The notes below the pieces were generated by a model, which saw only the letters and a list, made by a program, of their open reading frames with translations, had not been told where the DNA came from and ran no database searches. A DNA stretch of 7,762 nt from a virus (lineage: Duplodnaviria; Heunggongvirae; Uroviricota; Caudoviricetes). Below are positions 4,747 to 7,762 of the stretch, one piece after another. Position numbers and translations under genes: made by a program. The number at the start of each line of letters is the position of its first letter. The stretch's first letter is position 1. The stretch lies in the IMG/VR virus record IMGVR_UViG_3300011952_000013; one strand, written 5' to 3'.

Positions 4747-7641
4747 ATGGACCAGATAGCCAACCTGGTCATTGATTTGGGGATTGATGCGGCAGAGTTT
4801 AAAAATGAAATCCCCCGTATCAAAAACCTTCTGAATGGTGCAGCCAGCGATGCAGAACGGTCTTCTGCCCGTATGCAGCGTTTTATGGAGCGTCAGACTC
4901 AGGCCGCCCGGCAGACAACGCAGGCGGCGTCTTCGGCTGCAACAGCCGCATCCGTCCATGCGCAGACAGTGGAGAAGAACGCACAGGCTCATGAACGCAT
5001 GGCCCGCGAGGTGGAGAAAACCCGCCAGCGCATGGAGGCGCTGAGCCAGAAAATGCGCGAGGAACAGGCGCAGGCCATGGCTCTGGCGGAGGCTCAGGAT
5101 AAAGCGGCTGCTGCGTTTTATCGTCAGATTGACAGTGTGAAACAGGCCAGTGCGGGGCTGCAGGAATTACAGCGTATTCAGCAGCAGATCCGACAGGCCA
5201 GAAACAGTGGCGGGATTGGTCAGCAGGATTATCTGGCGCTGATTTCTGAGGTTACGGCGAAAACCCGTGTTCTTACACAGGCTGAGGAAGAGGCTACCCG
5301 ACAGAAAGTGGCGTTTATCCGTCAGCTTAAAGAGCAGGCAACCCGCCAGAATCTTTCTTCTTCTGAGTTGCTTCGTGCTAAGGCTGCCCAGCTGGGGGTA
5401 AGCAGTGCTGCAGAAGTGTATATCCNNNNNNNNNNACCGAAAGGCAGGATGCTTGGCGGGGTTATTGGCGGTATTGCCGCGGCTGTCTATGGTCTGGGTA
5501 AAGCCTGGTATGACGGTCAGAAGGAGGGGGAAGAATTTAACCGCCAGCTGTCGCTGACGGGGCATTATGCCGGAGTCACTGCCGGGCAGCTGTGGACGCT
5601 CAGTCGTGCTATTTCCGGGAATGGTATCACGCAACATGCTGCAGCCGGTGCGCTGGCTCAGGTGGTGGGTAGTGGTGCATTTCGTGGAAACGATATCGGT
5701 ATGGTGGCGAGAGCTGCCGCACAGATGGAGCGATCGGTTGGCCAGTCGATCAGCGATACCATAAATCAGTTTAAGCGGCTGAAGGATGATCCTGTAAATG
5801 CCGCGAAGGCTCTGGACAATGAGCTGCATTTTCTTACTGCCACTCAGCTTGAGCAGATACGTGTCCTTGGGGATCAGGGACGGTCCAGTGATGCTGCACG
5901 GATAGCCATGTCTGCACTGGCAGAGGAAACCGGTCGGCGTACTGCGGATATTGATAATAACCTCAATGCGCTTGGTAGTACGCTGAAGTATCTGTCTGAT
6001 TTGTGGAGTCGTTTCTGGGATGCGGCCATGAATATTGGTCGTGAAGACTCGCTGGATGAACAAATTGCCGCTTTACAGGAGAAAGTGTCGCGGGCGAAAA
6101 GACTCCCCTGGACGGCATCATCTTCTCAGGTTGAATACGATCAGCAGCGTCTTAACGATCTTCAGGAGAAAAAACGCCAGAAGGATTTGCAGGATGCAAA
6201 AGAGCAGGCAGAGCGGAATTATCAGGAGCAACAGAAACGCCGTAATGCTGAAAATGCTGCACTGAACCGGATGAATGAAACTGAAGCAGCACGGCATCAG
6301 CGTGAAATTGCGCGTATTAATGCCATGCAGTACGCCGATCAGGCTGTCAGGGATGCGGCGATACAACGTGAAAATGAACGTTACGAGAAAGCCCTGGCAT
6401 CCGGTAAGAAAAAAACACGCGAAACCCGTAATGATGAGGCCACCCGCTTATTGCTGCAGTACAGTCAGCAACAGGCACAGGTGGAAGGGCAGATTGCTGC
6501 TGCAAGACAGTCAGCAGGCATTGCCACTGACAGGATGACAGAAGCGCATAAACAGCTTCTGGCTCTGCAGCAGCGCATCAGCGACCTGGACGGGAAAAAA
6601 CTGACGGCAGATGAAAAGAGTGTGCTTGCCCGTAAAGATGAACTGATTCAGGCATTGACGCTGCTGGATGTAAAACAGCAGGAGCTTCAGAAACAGACGG
6701 CACTCAACGAGCTGAAGAAAAAAACAATTCAGCTGACCAGTCAACTGGCTGAAGAAGAGCGCGCTCAGCGTCAGCAACATGACCTGGATATCGCCACGGT
6801 GGGTATGGGTGATCAGCAGCGGCAGCGATATCAGGTACAACTGAGTCTTCGCCAGAAATACCAGCAACAGCTGGAGCAGTTGAGGCGGGATAGTGAGCAG
6901 AAAGGGACATATAACACGGATGACTACAGAAAGGCCGAGCAGGCGCTGACGGAGAGCCTGAACCGACAACTGAGTGAGAATCGCCGTTACTGGCAACAGC
7001 TTGAAATTGCTCAGGGTGACTGGAAAAACGGAGTCCTGCGTGCACTCCAGAATGTCACTGAGAATGCGGATAACACAGCCGGGACAGTGGAACAGTTGTT
7101 CACGTCTGCGTTCAGTAGCATGAGTGACTGGCTGGCGACATTCTGTACTACAGGCAAACTCAATTTCAAATCCTTCACCTCTTCTGTGCTGTCAGATATG
7201 TCCAGAATCATGGCTCAGATAGCTTTAATGAAAGCGGTAAAAGGCATTGCTTCCGCGCTGCCTTTTGATTTTGTAGCTAATGCTGATGGCGGTGTTTATC
7301 AGTCGGCTGATTTGAGTCGCTACAGTGGCACGGTGGTTAACCGTCCGACGTTTTTTGCTTTTGCAAAAGGCGCGGGTGTGATGGGGGAAGCTGGGCCTGA
7401 AGCCATTCTGCCACTGCGTCGTGGTGCTGACGGTAAGCTGGGGGTTGTGGCGGATATTGGTGGTTCAGGTATGGCGATGTTTGCCCCGCAGTACAACATC
7501 GAGATCAATAACGATGGCACGAACGGGCAGATAGGTCCGGCTGCCCTGAAGGTGGTTTATGACCTTGGGAAAAAAGCGGCAGCGGACTTTATGCAACAGC
7601 AGGCCCGTGATGGTGGTCGGTTAAGTGGAGCATATCGGTAA
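4747..7641 (+). CDS. H: Tail length tape measure protein, lambda gpH-like (964 aa), with a 10-N run at 5427-5436 inside the gene.
   Basis: GGAGG (4733-4737) precedes ATG 4747; the ORF-track start at 4717 is a TTG with no RBS. The N-terminus MDQIANLVIDLGIDAAEF resembles lambda H (MAEPVGDLVVDLSLDAARF). There is a long Q/E/R/A-rich coiled-coil-like central region. The C-terminus NNDGTNGQIGPAALKVVYD...DGG matches the conserved lambda H C-terminus. Stop overlaps the gpM start (TAATG). Confidence 0.93.
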   Translation: MDQIANLVIDLGIDAAEFKNEIPRIKNLLNGAASDAERSSARMQRFMERQTQAARQTTQAASSAATAASVHAQTVEKNAQAHERMAREVEKTRQRMEALSQKMREEQAQAMALAEAQDKAAAAFYRQIDSVKQASAGLQELQRIQQQIRQARNSGGIGQQDYLALISEVTAKTRVLTQAEEEATRQKVAFIRQLKEQATRQNLSSSELLRAKAAQLGVSSAAEVYIXXXXPKGRMLGGVIGGIAAAVYGLGKAWYDGQKEGEEFNRQLSLTGHYAGVTAGQLWTLSRAISGNGITQHAAAGALAQVVGSGAFRGNDIGMVARAAAQMERSVGQSISDTINQFKRLKDDPVNAAKALDNELHFLTATQLEQIRVLGDQGRSSDAARIAMSALAEETGRRTADIDNNLNALGSTLKYLSDLWSRFWDAAMNIGREDSLDEQIAALQEKVSRAKRLPWTASSSQVEYDQQRLNDLQEKKRQKDLQDAKEQAERNYQEQQKRRNAENAALNRMNETEAARHQREIARINAMQYADQAVRDAAIQRENERYEKALASGKKKTRETRNDEATRLLLQYSQQQAQVEGQIAAARQSAGIATDRMTEAHKQLLALQQRISDLDGKKLTADEKSVLARKDELIQALTLLDVKQQELQKQTALNELKKKTIQLTSQLAEEERAQRQQHDLDIATVGMGDQQRQRYQVQLSLRQKYQQQLEQLRRDSEQKGTYNTDDYRKAEQALTESLNRQLSENRRYWQQLEIAQGDWKNGVLRALQNVTENADNTAGTVEQLFTSAFSSMSDWLATFCTTGKLNFKSFTSSVLSDMSRIMAQIALMKAVKGIASALPFDFVANADGGVYQSADLSRYSGTVVNRPTFFAFAKGAGVMGEAGPEAILPLRRGADGKLGVVADIGGSGMAMFAPQYNIEINNDGTNGQIGPAALKVVYDLGKKAAADFMQQQARDGGRLSGAYR
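5427..5436. other. Run of 10 N inside the tape measure gene; the reading frame is preserved across it.
   Basis: Literal n characters; homology to lambda H is on the same frame on both sides. Confidence 1.
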
Positions 7642-7762
7642 TGGAGACGTTTCACTGGAAAGTGCGCCCGGATATGAATGTGGTATCAGAGCCGAAAGTG
7701 GTGACAGTGAAGCTGGGCGATGGTTATGAACAGCGTCGTGCGGCGGGACTGAATAACCAGTT
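7640..7762 (+). CDS. M: Minor tail protein, lambda gpM-like; 3'-truncated by the window end.
   Basis: ATG at 7640 overlaps the H stop (TAATG). The translation METFHWKVRPDMNVVSEPKVVTVKLGDGYEQRRAAGLNNQ is collinear with the remembered lambda gpM N-terminus (MKTFRWKVKPGMDVASVP...FGDGYSQRAPAGLN). Confidence 0.88.

Noticed and set aside
4835-5044. 69-aa Arg-rich alternative-frame ORF inside the TMP 5' region.
   Set aside because: Frame artefact of the GC/A-rich coiled-coil coding sequence; no start context.
5167-6063. 298-aa minus-strand ORF inside the tape measure gene.
   Set aside because: Entirely antisense to the TMP, spans an N-run, and has R/S/T-rich low-complexity composition typical of reverse-frame reading of a Q/E/A-rich gene. 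No start context.
6511-6996. 161-aa minus-strand ORF with a Leu/Gln-rich translation inside the TMP.
   Set aside because: Antisense to the coiled-coil region of the TMP; its composition is the mirror of the sense strand's Q/E/L bias. No independent evidence of coding.
1-7762. Search for a defence system, toxin-antitoxin pair, moron/cargo gene, integrase, tRNA or CRISPR array.
   Set aside because: No intergenic space larger than about 90 nt exists, all of it occupied by terminators and RBSs. Every substantial ORF is assigned to a structural or assembly gene collinear with lambda. No repeat-spacer periodicity or tRNA-like structure was seen. Claiming a novel system here would not be supported by the sequence.

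Overview
This window is a contiguous, same-strand (+) late morphogenesis operon of a lambdoid (siphovirus-type) prophage or phage from an enterobacterial-like host. Gene order is: 3' part of a ClpP-like prohead protease fused in frame to an HK97-fold major capsid protein (1..1539); a small DUF2190-like head protein (1626..1949); an FII-like head-tail joining protein (1942..2217); gpZ-like (2229..2819); gpU-like tail terminator (2816..3219, interrupted by an N-run); gpV-like major tail protein with a C-terminal Ig-like domain (3230..3973); gpG-like tail chaperone (4034..4420); the gpT frame reached by a -1 frameshift (4396..4710); gpH-like tape measure protein (4747..7641); and the start of gpM (7640..). 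Homology calls are from reading the translations against remembered lambda proteins, not from a database search. Two rho-independent terminator-like hairpins follow the capsid gene and the major tail gene. Three runs of exactly 10 N (2923-2932, 4686-4695, 5427-5436) interrupt U, T and H. I find no tRNA, rRNA, CRISPR array, integrase, transposase or inserted cargo/defence gene here; every ORF of meaningful size is accounted for by a virion structural or assembly gene. I therefore do not claim a novel system in this window. The points most worth follow-up are the uncharacterised DUF2190-like protein, the atypical G-T frameshift site, the fused protease-capsid gene and the frame inconsistency across the N-run in U.
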